From contig OY762721.1 in NCBI GenBank assembly GCA_963666345.1, forward strand, positions 352,001 to 416,000: a stretch of DNA of 64,000 nucleotides. Reading direction: 5' to 3'. Position 1 is the first letter of the stretch, and every line of letters starts with the position of its first letter. Below are positions 29,247-38,342 of the stretch, piece by piece. A program made the translations under genes and the position numbers. The DNA is from Desulfatiglandales bacterium. GTDB taxonomy: Bacteria; Desulfobacterota; DSM-4660; Desulfatiglandales; Desulfatiglandaceae. The notes under the pieces are model-generated. The model was given only the letters and a program-made list of their open reading frames with translations. It searched no databases and was not told the DNA's origin.

Positions 29247-30473
29247 ATGCAAAAGCTGATATACATGGATAATGCTGCGACTTCATTTCCAAAGCCTCCA
29301 GAGGTAACCGAGGCAATGGTGCATTACATGAATGAAGTCGGAGCGAATCCCGGCAGATCAGGACATAAACTTTCTGTTGAGGCATCCCACATCGTGGAGG
29401 GAGCAAGGAATAATCTGGCAAGGCTCTTTAATCTGCCCGATCCTTTGAGAATAGTATTCACGACAAATGTCACAGAGTCCTTAAACATGGTAATCTACGG
29501 ATTTCTTAAACCCGGGAATCATGTGATAACCACCTCCATGGAGCACAATTCGGTCATGAGGCCGCTTAAGCACCTGGAAGAAACCTCCCACATTTCCCTT
29601 TCCATCGCAAGGTGTGACCACAAAGGTCTTCTCGATCCGGCTGAAGTAAAAAGGCTTATAAGGAAAGAGACAGCTCTGGTGGTTTTAAACCACGCATCCA
29701 ACGTATGCGGCACTATCCAGGATGTTAAGGCGGTAAAAGGCTTGATCGGAGACATCCCAATCCTTGTCGATGCCGCACAGACAGGAGGCTGTTACCCGAT
29801 CGACTTTCAGGCGGACGGGATGGATTTTCTTGCCTTCACCGGCCACAAAGGTCTTCTGGGGCCTCAGGGAACCGGAGGCCTCTACATTAGAGACGGGCTG
29901 AAACTGAACCCCATTAAGAGAGGTGGCACGGGAAGTGTATCTGAAGAACTGAGACAACCTGAATTTCTTCCTGATGCCCTTGAAAGCGGGACGCAGAACA
30001 ATGTGGGCATTGCCGGGCTGGGTGCGGGAGTGAAATTCCTCCTGGATAAGGGAATAGAAGAGATAAAAGAGCATGAAAAGGCCCTTACAGCCGCTTTCCT
30101 TTCAGGCCTCAGGGACCTTCCGGGAGTGACGGTATACGGGCCTCTCAAGGCCGACCTGCAGACATCCACCATCTCCATAACATTTGAAACCGTTCTTCCT
30201 ATTGACACCGATGATAATTTAAGAGGGTGCGGCTCAATTAACCTTGCATGGATGGATGAAGGAATCCCGCAATCAGAGGCGGGGAAAATCCTGGACAGTG
30301 AATATGAAATCCTGGTGAGAGTGGGACTGCACTGTGCACCGATGGCCCATGAGACTCTCGGCACTTTTCCGGACGGGACCGTTAGATTCAGCATGGGCTA
30401 TTTCAACACCCTGGAACAGGTGAAATACGTGGTAGAGGCGATAAGCCGCATAGCTGAAAATGATATGTCTTGA
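29247..30473 (+). CDS. Cysteine desulfurase family protein (aminotransferase class V)
   Basis: YMDNAATSFPKP, MEHNSV, DAAQT, TGHKGLLGPQG and RVGLHCAP motifs. Confidence 0.9.
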   Translation: MQKLIYMDNAATSFPKPPEVTEAMVHYMNEVGANPGRSGHKLSVEASHIVEGARNNLARLFNLPDPLRIVFTTNVTESLNMVIYGFLKPGNHVITTSMEHNSVMRPLKHLEETSHISLSIARCDHKGLLDPAEVKRLIRKETALVVLNHASNVCGTIQDVKAVKGLIGDIPILVDAAQTGGCYPIDFQADGMDFLAFTGHKGLLGPQGTGGLYIRDGLKLNPIKRGGTGSVSEELRQPEFLPDALESGTQNNVGIAGLGAGVKFLLDKGIEEIKEHEKALTAAFLSGLRDLPGVTVYGPLKADLQTSTISITFETVLPIDTDDNLRGCGSINLAWMDEGIPQSEAGKILDSEYEILVRVGLHCAPMAHETLGTFPDGTVRFSMGYFNTLEQVKYVVEAISRIAENDMS

Positions 30474-30488
30474 CCTTGTTACAGACTG

Positions 30489-30929
30489 TTAACCCATACG
30501 GGCCGTGTCGCCGTCAAACAGCCTCGAAAAGATTGATGCGTTGCCTGAAAAGACACTGCACCGTGTCAAGATGAATTCCGCCATCTCCCGACGCTTTGCC
30601 TCATCAAGGCGGTTAAAACTCTCCTTAAAGACACCCTCTTTTTTTATCTCTTTAAGCACCGACCAGATCTGCTCACACGTCATATCGGATGTTACATTTA
30701 TCGCTTCACTTGAAGTGCTTCCGGCAAAACAGGCCTCTGCCTTTTCCAGCAATCGACGGAGACCTTTTTTAATCCTCTCTATTTCAACCTCGAAGTCATC
30801 AAGAGAACCGCAATTCTTTGTAAACGGAACCTTAAAGGCCTTACCTGCGATCTTGATATCCAGCCCCGCTGACAGAGTCTTTTTCTGATCCGCACTTTCA
30901 TCTTCTATGATAATAAAAATTTCTTCCAT
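30489..30929 (-). CDS. Hypothetical protein
   Basis: Uninterrupted ORF with plausible composition; no motif recognised. Confidence 0.65.
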   Translation of the reverse strand: MEEIFIIIEDESADQKKTLSAGLDIKIAGKAFKVPFTKNCGSLDDFEVEIERIKKGLRRLLEKAEACFAGSTSSEAINVTSDMTCEQIWSVLKEIKKEGVFKESFNRLDEAKRREMAEFILTRCSVFSGNASIFSRLFDGDTARMG

Positions 30930-31091
30930 TATAAGATCCACCCCGAGACATAAAGGCTTTTGCTGCAATCGGGATTATTCTATCCTCGGCCGACCGGCGT
31001 ACACTTCAGTCGAGCTCCATGACTGCTGTCCTCGCTTTACTCAGAGTGCTTAACCCTTGAATCACTCCCAGGGGCCGTAAGGCCTTTTTAC

Positions 31092-31937
31092 TCAGACCTT
31101 CAACTCCGTTTCCTCAATTGCGGCATCCACAGGCAGGTCGGAACCCTTGTCATTTACGAGTCTATCGCACTCTACCTTGAAAGACTCTACCTGTTCATCA
31201 TTTCTTGAGGGATCGTGGTGAAAGAGCAGCAATTTCCCCGCGTTTGATTCCAGGGCAAGATCCACTGCCGAGGAATAATCCGAATGCCCCCAGCCTTTGC
31301 GCGCCCCGATCTCTTGAGGCGAATACTGCGCGTCATGGATCAATAGATCGACATCCCTGCAGAACCGGACAAAATTTCCGGGACGGCTGCCTTTCCATGC
31401 GTCTTCAGTCAATTCGTTGTCGGTAATGAATGCGAGGCTCTTTGAACCCTCTCTGAATCTGTATCCGAAACCTCCCTGGGGATGCTGAAGCGGGATAGTG
31501 TCTATAACTGCCCCATCAATGGCAACAGGACCATGCCTAAGCTTGTCGAGGTGGGAAATTTCAGCCTTGAGATCATTGAATTTTATCGGGAAAAAACCAT
31601 CCCCCAGCCTGTAGTCAAAGATATGCTTGATACCTTTCATGCAGGTGTGTATTCCGTCGACCTCGATTTTTGTGGATGGATTGAATATGGGGGTAAAAAA
31701 AGGAAACCCTATGATATGATCCCAGTGGATATGTGTGATCAGAATAACGATATTCAGTTCTTCCCCGATATTTGCAAGGTGCTCCCCCAATGACCTTATA
31801 CCTGTACCGGCATCAATGATTATTCTTCTGCCGCTTTCAAGGGTAATTTCTATACATGTTGTGTTTCCGCCATAGATAATCGTGTCTTTTCCCGGAACAG
31901 GTATGGAGCCTCTGGTTCCCCAAAATTTTACCTTCAT
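31092..31937 (-). CDS. MBL-fold metallo-hydrolase
   Basis: FWGTRGS, YGGNTTC, THIHWDHIIG, HDAQY, WGHS and FHHDP motifs. Confidence 0.92.
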   Translation of the reverse strand: MKVKFWGTRGSIPVPGKDTIIYGGNTTCIEITLESGRRIIIDAGTGIRSLGEHLANIGEELNIVILITHIHWDHIIGFPFFTPIFNPSTKIEVDGIHTCMKGIKHIFDYRLGDGFFPIKFNDLKAEISHLDKLRHGPVAIDGAVIDTIPLQHPQGGFGYRFREGSKSLAFITDNELTEDAWKGSRPGNFVRFCRDVDLLIHDAQYSPQEIGARKGWGHSDYSSAVDLALESNAGKLLLFHHDPSRNDEQVESFKVECDRLVNDKGSDLPVDAAIEETELKV

Positions 31938-32563
31938 ATCTAACCTTCTCTTGAGGCGGGTGAAAATCTATAATAGAAATATCGTTTTTAAGCGCCACAG
32001 CAGGCTTCAATTTAGGTCATGCCCGATGAACTGTCAATCCCAAAAAATATTTCAGCCTCGCAGCATATCCTATTGATTAAAATGCCTAAAATGTTTAGTC
32101 TCTTCGCTCCGCTAGTTTTCAGAAAGGCGGAATACTTCAAGCACACCAGGCAAGCCAGCTCGTTTTCATCCCGAAACGGTGCCTCAGCTCGATACCTGAG
32201 CCAAGCTCTATTTTGCTTAAACGGGACAAATAATGCCAGGTTGATCAGGTGCTGGATATGAAACTTGTCTGTCCAAGCTCAATATGATATATATGAAATA
32301 AATGAATCATCTTTCATAACTGTTCCGTTGTTTTATCTTTCGGATTTCGATTTAACGAATGAATAAACCAGCGTCCGAACTCCTGCCGGAACGCATGAAT
32401 CAAACATCAGCTCGACAAATCTTTCTTCCTGTTTTTATTTGAGTCTTTATGACCATGCGTCTTTTATTTTATAGGCTATTTGATGAATCTCACCCCGTTT
32501 CAATATTTTGTCCACTGCCGGGCAACTTTGGTAATCACGGTTTTTCAAAAAGGAGAGCAAATC

Positions 32564-33136
32564 ATGCACTCGGATAAAGAACCTGACAGGAGGTTTAACC
32601 TGAGGGAATTTAAGGCCATCACCCATGCCATTGCCACCTATGAGGACCTGAATCTGCTCACAAATCATCTTGCTGAAGGAACCGCCAGGACCTTCAGGGC
32701 CAAGGGTTGCAGTATCATGCTCCTTGACGAAAGGGAAAAACAACTCTTCCCCATAAGCAGCTACGGCCTCAGTGACGAGTATATTAAAAAAGGTCCGGTA
32801 ATGGTGGATAAGCAATACTGCGCCTTCTGCACGGGAGAGCCGGTATTTATTGAAGACATTCAGAATGATCCACGGATTCAATACCCCAAGGCTGCAGCCA
32901 AGGAGGGGCTCATCTCCATGCTCTCCGTTCCGATAAAATACCGGGCCGAAGTAGTCGGCATAATAAGGATCTACCTGCCCGATGGGGCACCTATTCACGA
33001 ATCGGATGTCGATTCCCTGTTAGTTCTGGCCGAGCAGCTTGGTCTGGTCATAGAGATCAACGGGCTGAGGAATTTTCTTGATGCGGTAAAAATGGCCCTT
33101 GAAAATCTCCCCCTGCGAATGCTCGAGGGTCTGTAG
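32564..33136 (+). CDS. Stand-alone GAF domain protein
   Basis: GCSIMLLD, SYGLSDEYIKKG, IEDIQNDPRIQY and SMLSVPI; RBS AGGAG. Confidence 0.85.
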   Translation: MHSDKEPDRRFNLREFKAITHAIATYEDLNLLTNHLAEGTARTFRAKGCSIMLLDEREKQLFPISSYGLSDEYIKKGPVMVDKQYCAFCTGEPVFIEDIQNDPRIQYPKAAAKEGLISMLSVPIKYRAEVVGIIRIYLPDGAPIHESDVDSLLVLAEQLGLVIEINGLRNFLDAVKMALENLPLRMLEGL

Positions 33137-33139
33137 TCT

Positions 33140-34048
33140 GTGAAAAATCGCGTTATTACCGATACTACGGAGATCTTTTCTATCGACTACGGAGACATTA
33201 TCCAACTTGGGGAAAAGCGCTATTCCGTAACAGGCCATGAAAGGGAAAGACGCTTCGGTATGGAGGACCCCAAATTTTGGGTAAAGAGGGTCATAGACCT
33301 GGAGACGGGTGAAAAAAAATTAATAAAGCTCTCTTTCCTGGAATCATTCATGACGAACTTCGGCGGCGCAGGAGTACGATGCTTTAGGAACCCCGAAAAG
33401 GAGGCCCGGATACTTGAACTGGTTAAAGACCATCCATACTTCATGCAGGGAACACCCTTTAAGGACGAAAAAGGCAATATAATCCGGGTCCTTGACATCG
33501 TACCGGGGCAAAATTTCTTTTTGTTCGTTAATTCACTGGAAATGGCATACGGAAGTTATTTCGAGAAGATGCTTCCTCAAATTTTGGGGAATCTTATAAA
33601 ATCCTTTGAGGCGATTCGCTTTCTTCATTTCAACGGCTTTAAGCATGGAGACATCAGAAATGATCATATAATAATTAATAAAAACAATGGAAATTATGTC
33701 TGGATAGATTTTGACTATGACTACGAAACACTTGAAAACCCTTTCGGCCTTGATGTTTTCGGTATGGGAAACATACTCATAAACGCGATCGGAAAAGGGA
33801 TTCACAGCGCCCACACGATATTAAATGATCCTGCAACCTATGGTGATTTAAAAGACAGGCTCGAGCCGGGGGATTTTTCGATCATTCATCGACGCAGATT
33901 TATTAACCTCCGAAAGCTCTACCCCGTAATTCCAAAAATGCTTAATGACATCCTTATGCATTTTTCAAGGGGCTCTAATGTCTATTATGAAACTGCCGAT
34001 GAAATTATCGAGGATCTGAACAGGTGTCTCTATTCAATTTTTGAATGA
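33140..34048 (+). CDS. Ser/Thr protein kinase-like protein
   Basis: IKL (VAIK-like), FLH...HGDIRNDH catalytic loop, WIDFD, DVFGMG. Confidence 0.85.
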   Translation: MKNRVITDTTEIFSIDYGDIIQLGEKRYSVTGHERERRFGMEDPKFWVKRVIDLETGEKKLIKLSFLESFMTNFGGAGVRCFRNPEKEARILELVKDHPYFMQGTPFKDEKGNIIRVLDIVPGQNFFLFVNSLEMAYGSYFEKMLPQILGNLIKSFEAIRFLHFNGFKHGDIRNDHIIINKNNGNYVWIDFDYDYETLENPFGLDVFGMGNILINAIGKGIHSAHTILNDPATYGDLKDRLEPGDFSIIHRRRFINLRKLYPVIPKMLNDILMHFSRGSNVYYETADEIIEDLNRCLYSIFE

Positions 34049-34508
34049 TAGGAGGTCTTCTTTGACAACTTCAATACTTGTTCCATTAACCGATTCCGTA
34101 AGTTCACGCGCTGTTGTAGACTATCTTTCAAGCCTTTCCTTCTGCCCCGAGGACTGGCGAATCACCCTGCTTCATCTTTTTAGAAAGCCGTCGGCGAGTG
34201 AAGAATTAATGGGTAAAAAATTCACTCAGGCGCTCCCCACCCGGTACAGTTTACTCCTTGACAAGGCATCTGAAACGCTTATTGAAAACGGATTCGACCC
34301 CAATCATATCAAGATACAAATGGTTACCGAGCCTTATCAAACCATTGCAGACGGCATTATCGATCAGTTCAAAAAAGGCGATTATGACATGGTCGTTATC
34401 GGAAGAAAAAGGATGTCCAAGGCAGAGGAATTCGTCCTGGGAGATGTAAGCGTAAGATTGGTACGGGCGCTCGAAGGGGCGGCCGTTCTTGTAGTAAAAT
34501 CGACCTGA
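34041..34508 (+). CDS. Universal stress protein (start possibly TTG 34062)
   Basis: SILVPL N-terminus; YDMVVIGRKRMSKAEEFVLGDVS. Confidence 0.9.
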   Translation: MNDRRSSLTTSILVPLTDSVSSRAVVDYLSSLSFCPEDWRITLLHLFRKPSASEELMGKKFTQALPTRYSLLLDKASETLIENGFDPNHIKIQMVTEPYQTIADGIIDQFKKGDYDMVVIGRKRMSKAEEFVLGDVSVRLVRALEGAAVLVVKST

Positions 34509-34681
34509 ATAAATCCTGTTTCATCTGAATCGTCCCGTTTTTTGATACACATTATGTGTGGGGGACCGCCCTGCCCTGTAACGCACCACCGTAAAAAATT
34601 TCCTTCCATTAAATTTTCCCTTTCCATAATAACCAAAAAGTGAAAAAAAGAGATACCAGATCAATCAAAGGAGTTTATTGT

Positions 34682-34987
34682 ATGTCAGGAACATTAGGAG
34701 TTTTGGTAAGCAGTGACAGGCACATGGATCTTATAATAGGACTTTGCAGATCCGCCAGGAAAAAAGGGCTCGGACTTTCGATATTCTTCACCCATACCGG
34801 CACCAAACTGACCCGTCACCCACGCTTTCCGGAACTGGCAGGACTTGCCAGGATGAGCATATGCAAGGTCGGTTTCGAAGACAATCGCCTTACCGCCCCG
34901 GTTCCGGGTATTAAGGAAAAGGATTACTCAACCCAGGCAAGGAATGCCGAACTCATCGAAGAATGCGACCGTTACGTGGCGTTTTAG
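34682..34987 (+). CDS. DsrE/TusD-like small protein
   Basis: IFFTHTG, MSIC and [20 protein letters not shown]. Confidence 0.7.
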   Translation: MSGTLGVLVSSDRHMDLIIGLCRSARKKGLGLSIFFTHTGTKLTRHPRFPELAGLARMSICKVGFEDNRLTAPVPGIKEKDYSTQARNAELIEECDRYVAF

Positions 34988-35000
34988 GAGAATCGCAGGC

Positions 35001-35294
35001 ATGAAAGATATCAAACATATCGCTTTTCTAATAAGAAAGGCTGAAGATCTCTGGGAGGGTTCGCGATCCACCCTCGGTCTTGCAGTAGAAAATTACTATA
35101 TGCACATGTTTGTGCTCGATTTCGAGGTGAAAATGACTGAAAAGATAAAGGACAATCTGGAATGGTTTGAAGACATGGAGGCAAGATATTATTCCAATGT
35201 CAAGGCAAACGCTGAAAGGCATGGTTTCACCTATATGAGCACAGAGGAAATCGGGGACAGGCTCAAGGAGATGGACCTGGTCATCCCCTTTTAG
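35001..35294 (+). CDS. DsrF/TusC-like small protein
   Basis: [11 protein letters not shown] and [19 protein letters not shown] overlaps the upstream stop. Confidence 0.65.
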   Translation: MKDIKHIAFLIRKAEDLWEGSRSTLGLAVENYYMHMFVLDFEVKMTEKIKDNLEWFEDMEARYYSNVKANAERHGFTYMSTEEIGDRLKEMDLVIPF

Positions 35295-35303
35295 GAGGTA
35301 TTT

Positions 35304-35477
35304 GTGAAGATCCTGCATATCCTGAAAACAGAACCTGACGCGACCACAAAAAGGCTCATAGAGACGATCTCCCGGGAAAATGAAAGCACCATCTTTGCGC
35401 TTTATGAGCAGGAGGCGGATTATGACAGATTGATCGACCTCATCTTCGCACATGAATCAAATATCTCCTGGTGGTAA
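35304..35477 (+). CDS. DsrH/TusB-like 57-aa protein (absent from ORF track)
   Basis: AGGAGG + GTG; MKILHIL...DYDRLIDLIFAHESNISWW. Confidence 0.75.
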   Translation: MKILHILKTEPDATTKRLIETISRENESTIFALYEQEADYDRLIDLIFAHESNISWW

Positions 35478-35739
35478 AAACCAATTCCGGTTTCAGATGC
35501 ACAGAAAAGCCCTTGAATATAATCGATTCGTATTTGACAAGGCCGTTTGTCTTCCGGCAGTCTTTAGTCGGTACCAAAAAACCCTCTTTTTTCAATATAA
35601 TGATTTTTCATTCAGCTTTTGATATGTCTTTAAAAGCTCAAAATTGAGGCGGCACGGTAAAAACTTCAAATAGAAGTCCAGGCTCACCAAATCCTCAAGT
35701 TTTTTCAACAACCGATGCCCGTTTGTGAAAGGACAGGCC

Positions 35740-36666
35740 ATGAGAAAATTCAAGAGATGCTGGATAATCGGCGCAGGTGCCGTGGGTTCGGTAATAGCGG
35801 CATGCCTTCAGATGGCGGAAAAGGTAGATACGCACCTTGTAGGAGAAAGTGAGCACGCGAAAAAGATTCAAACGCACGGTCTTCATCTTGAAATAATCGG
35901 TAAGGCCTCACAGACCGTCCAGGTTTCATCTGTTACACCCCCCCAAGTGCCTGTCCTCAATAAAGAAGACCTGGTTCTTCTTACAGGTAAAATACACGGC
36001 CTTGAGCAAACGACATCATGGCTCAGGGAAAAATGCGGGTCCGAAACAGGCGTAATAGCCCTTCAAAACGGAATCGGTCCCGAAGCGATAATAGAAAAAT
36101 CTCTCAAAAGGGCCGTAGACAGGGGGCTGGTATTTTTCGGGGCCCACTCAAATGCCATTGGAAACTGCCACTATTTTCCGGGAGGGATCAGGCTGAAGCG
36201 CTCCGAGGTAACCGAAGGCTTTTGCGCATTGCTGGATGACACTGCAATTCAGGGAGAGATTTCTTCCGATTTCAACAAAATATCTTGGCAGAAGGCCGCA
36301 ATCAACTGCATCGCCAACCCATTTACAGGCATCTTGAGGACAAACAACCGTGAAGTAACCGATGTGGTACTGAACCCTGCAAAAGAGGCGGTATTAAAAG
36401 AGGTCATAAAAGTCGCAAAGGCAGAGGGGGTTGATCTTGGAATAACGGTAAATGACATCAACCGCTATCTGGATCAGGATAATATCCCTTCCCTCAGGAC
36501 AGACCTTGAAAGGGGCATGCCCACCGAGATAGATTTCATAAACGGCGCTGTCGCCGCAATAGGCGCCAAACATGGCATAAAGACCCCGGCAAATGATCTG
36601 ATAGTAAGCATGGTGAAATATATTGAAACAAAAGGCCTATTCTTGATTCAGCCAATGAGGTCATAG
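35740..36666 (+). CDS. panE: 2-dehydropantoate 2-reductase (PanE/ApbA family)
   Basis: IIGAGAVG, LQNG, WQKAAIN, PSLRTD and TEIDFINGAV motifs. Confidence 0.8.
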   Translation: MRKFKRCWIIGAGAVGSVIAACLQMAEKVDTHLVGESEHAKKIQTHGLHLEIIGKASQTVQVSSVTPPQVPVLNKEDLVLLTGKIHGLEQTTSWLREKCGSETGVIALQNGIGPEAIIEKSLKRAVDRGLVFFGAHSNAIGNCHYFPGGIRLKRSEVTEGFCALLDDTAIQGEISSDFNKISWQKAAINCIANPFTGILRTNNREVTDVVLNPAKEAVLKEVIKVAKAEGVDLGITVNDINRYLDQDNIPSLRTDLERGMPTEIDFINGAVAAIGAKHGIKTPANDLIVSMVKYIETKGLFLIQPMRS

Positions 36667-37094
36667 GTAAAGCGTTTTCATGAAATTAATCATTTAATCA
36701 GATAAATCTAAAATTTTTTAAAGGCATTTATAATGATTGATTATCATTTCCTTTTCAATATAGATTTAAGGGGCATTATTTGAATAGGAATCACTTGAAT
36801 CAACCTATCCACAGCCAAAGGGCACGTTCTGACCCCGCCCTCCCCCAAAGGGTGGGGTTTCCTCAAGGTTAAATAAAGGCCTCTTATCTTCTTAAAGGAA
36901 ACAAAACATCGTCAGGATTATCAAAATACAAGATCAAAAAAAATAAAAAAAGCTATAATATAATTACATGTTGCCAAATCAAGACGTATCGTTTATAGAT
37001 TTAGCCTGTATGAGCTCAGATAAATTGAAAAGGACTGTTTTTGTGTCAGACGCTGTTTTGTCTGTTTCTTTAATTTGCCAAAGGAGGTGTTCCA

Positions 37095-38258
37095 ATGGAT
37101 TTTGCCCTGAGTGATGAACTTCAAATGTTAAGAGAGATGGCGCGTGATTTTGCAGCAGAGAAGATTGCCCCCTACGCCGACGAATGGGATGAAAGCCACT
37201 ACTACCCCTATGAAGAAGTCATAAAACCTATGGCGGAGCTAGGATTCTTCGGTACGGTTATCCCTGAGGAATACGGCGGAAACGAAATGGGCTGGCTTGC
37301 CGCGATGATACTCACGGAGGAAATAGCACATGCATCCAGTTCCGTCAGGGTGCAGATAAACATGCAGACACTCGGATGCGCATATACCATCTACAGGTAC
37401 GGCTCAGAGGAATTGAAAAAAAAATACATACCAAAGCTGGTAAGTGCCGAATATATCGGAGGCTTCGGCATTACCGAGCCGAACGCGGGATCCGATGTCA
37501 TGGGCCTCAAATCCACGGCGGTTGACAAGGGCGACCACTGGCTCATAAACGGCTCAAAGACGTGGATATCAAACGCCTCTGCAGCAGATGCGATCATATA
37601 CTATGCATATACCGACAGGGAGGCAAAAGGAAGGGGACTTTCCGCCTTTGTCATTGAACCCAAGAATTTCAACGGTATAAGCACTACCGATCTCGACAAG
37701 CTCGGCACAAGGAGCACTCCTACCGGGGAGATCTACCTGGAAGACACCAAGGTGCCCAAGGAAAACATACTCGGCGCCCCGGGAGACGGCGCCAAGATAG
37801 TCTTCGGTTCTTTGAACCAGTCGCGCCTATCAGCCGCGGCAGGCGGGGTCGGGCTGGCTCAGGCATGTCTGGATGTGGTCACCGATTACTGCAAGGAAAG
37901 GGAACAGTTCGGAAAATCGATCGGCACCTTTCAGATGAACCAAGACTTGATAGCCCAGGTTGCGGCGGAGACGCAATCCGCAAGGCTGATGGTCTACAAG
38001 GCCGCGTGGCAGAAGGACCAGGGCCAGCTCGGAAACACCCTTGAAGTGGCTCATGCAAAGTATCTCGCGGGTGAAATAGCTGTCAAGGCATCTCAGATGG
38101 CCATGCGCATAATGGGCGCTTACGGGTATTCCACCGAATACCCCGTGGCCAGATACTACCGTGACGCACCCCCCTATTATATGGTGGAAGGCTCCGCCAA
38201 CATATGCAAATGGATAATCGCCCTTGACCAGCTGGGGATAAGAAAGGCGAACAGATAA
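37095..38258 (+). CDS. acd: Glutaryl-CoA dehydrogenase (non-decarboxylating)
   Basis: Acyl-CoA dehydrogenase motifs; YYMVEGSANICK and LDQLGIRKANR resemble Desulfococcus multivorans Acd as I recall it; adjacent to gcdA. Confidence 0.88.
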   Translation: MDFALSDELQMLREMARDFAAEKIAPYADEWDESHYYPYEEVIKPMAELGFFGTVIPEEYGGNEMGWLAAMILTEEIAHASSSVRVQINMQTLGCAYTIYRYGSEELKKKYIPKLVSAEYIGGFGITEPNAGSDVMGLKSTAVDKGDHWLINGSKTWISNASAADAIIYYAYTDREAKGRGLSAFVIEPKNFNGISTTDLDKLGTRSTPTGEIYLEDTKVPKENILGAPGDGAKIVFGSLNQSRLSAAAGGVGLAQACLDVVTDYCKEREQFGKSIGTFQMNQDLIAQVAAETQSARLMVYKAAWQKDQGQLGNTLEVAHAKYLAGEIAVKASQMAMRIMGAYGYSTEYPVARYYRDAPPYYMVEGSANICKWIIALDQLGIRKANR

Positions 38259-38342
38259 CTTTCATCCTGAAATCAATTTGTTGTTAGAGCGGTCGGCGCC
38301 GGGAGCTTACCGCTCTGCAATCGTAAAAATCGGAGGCAGAAA

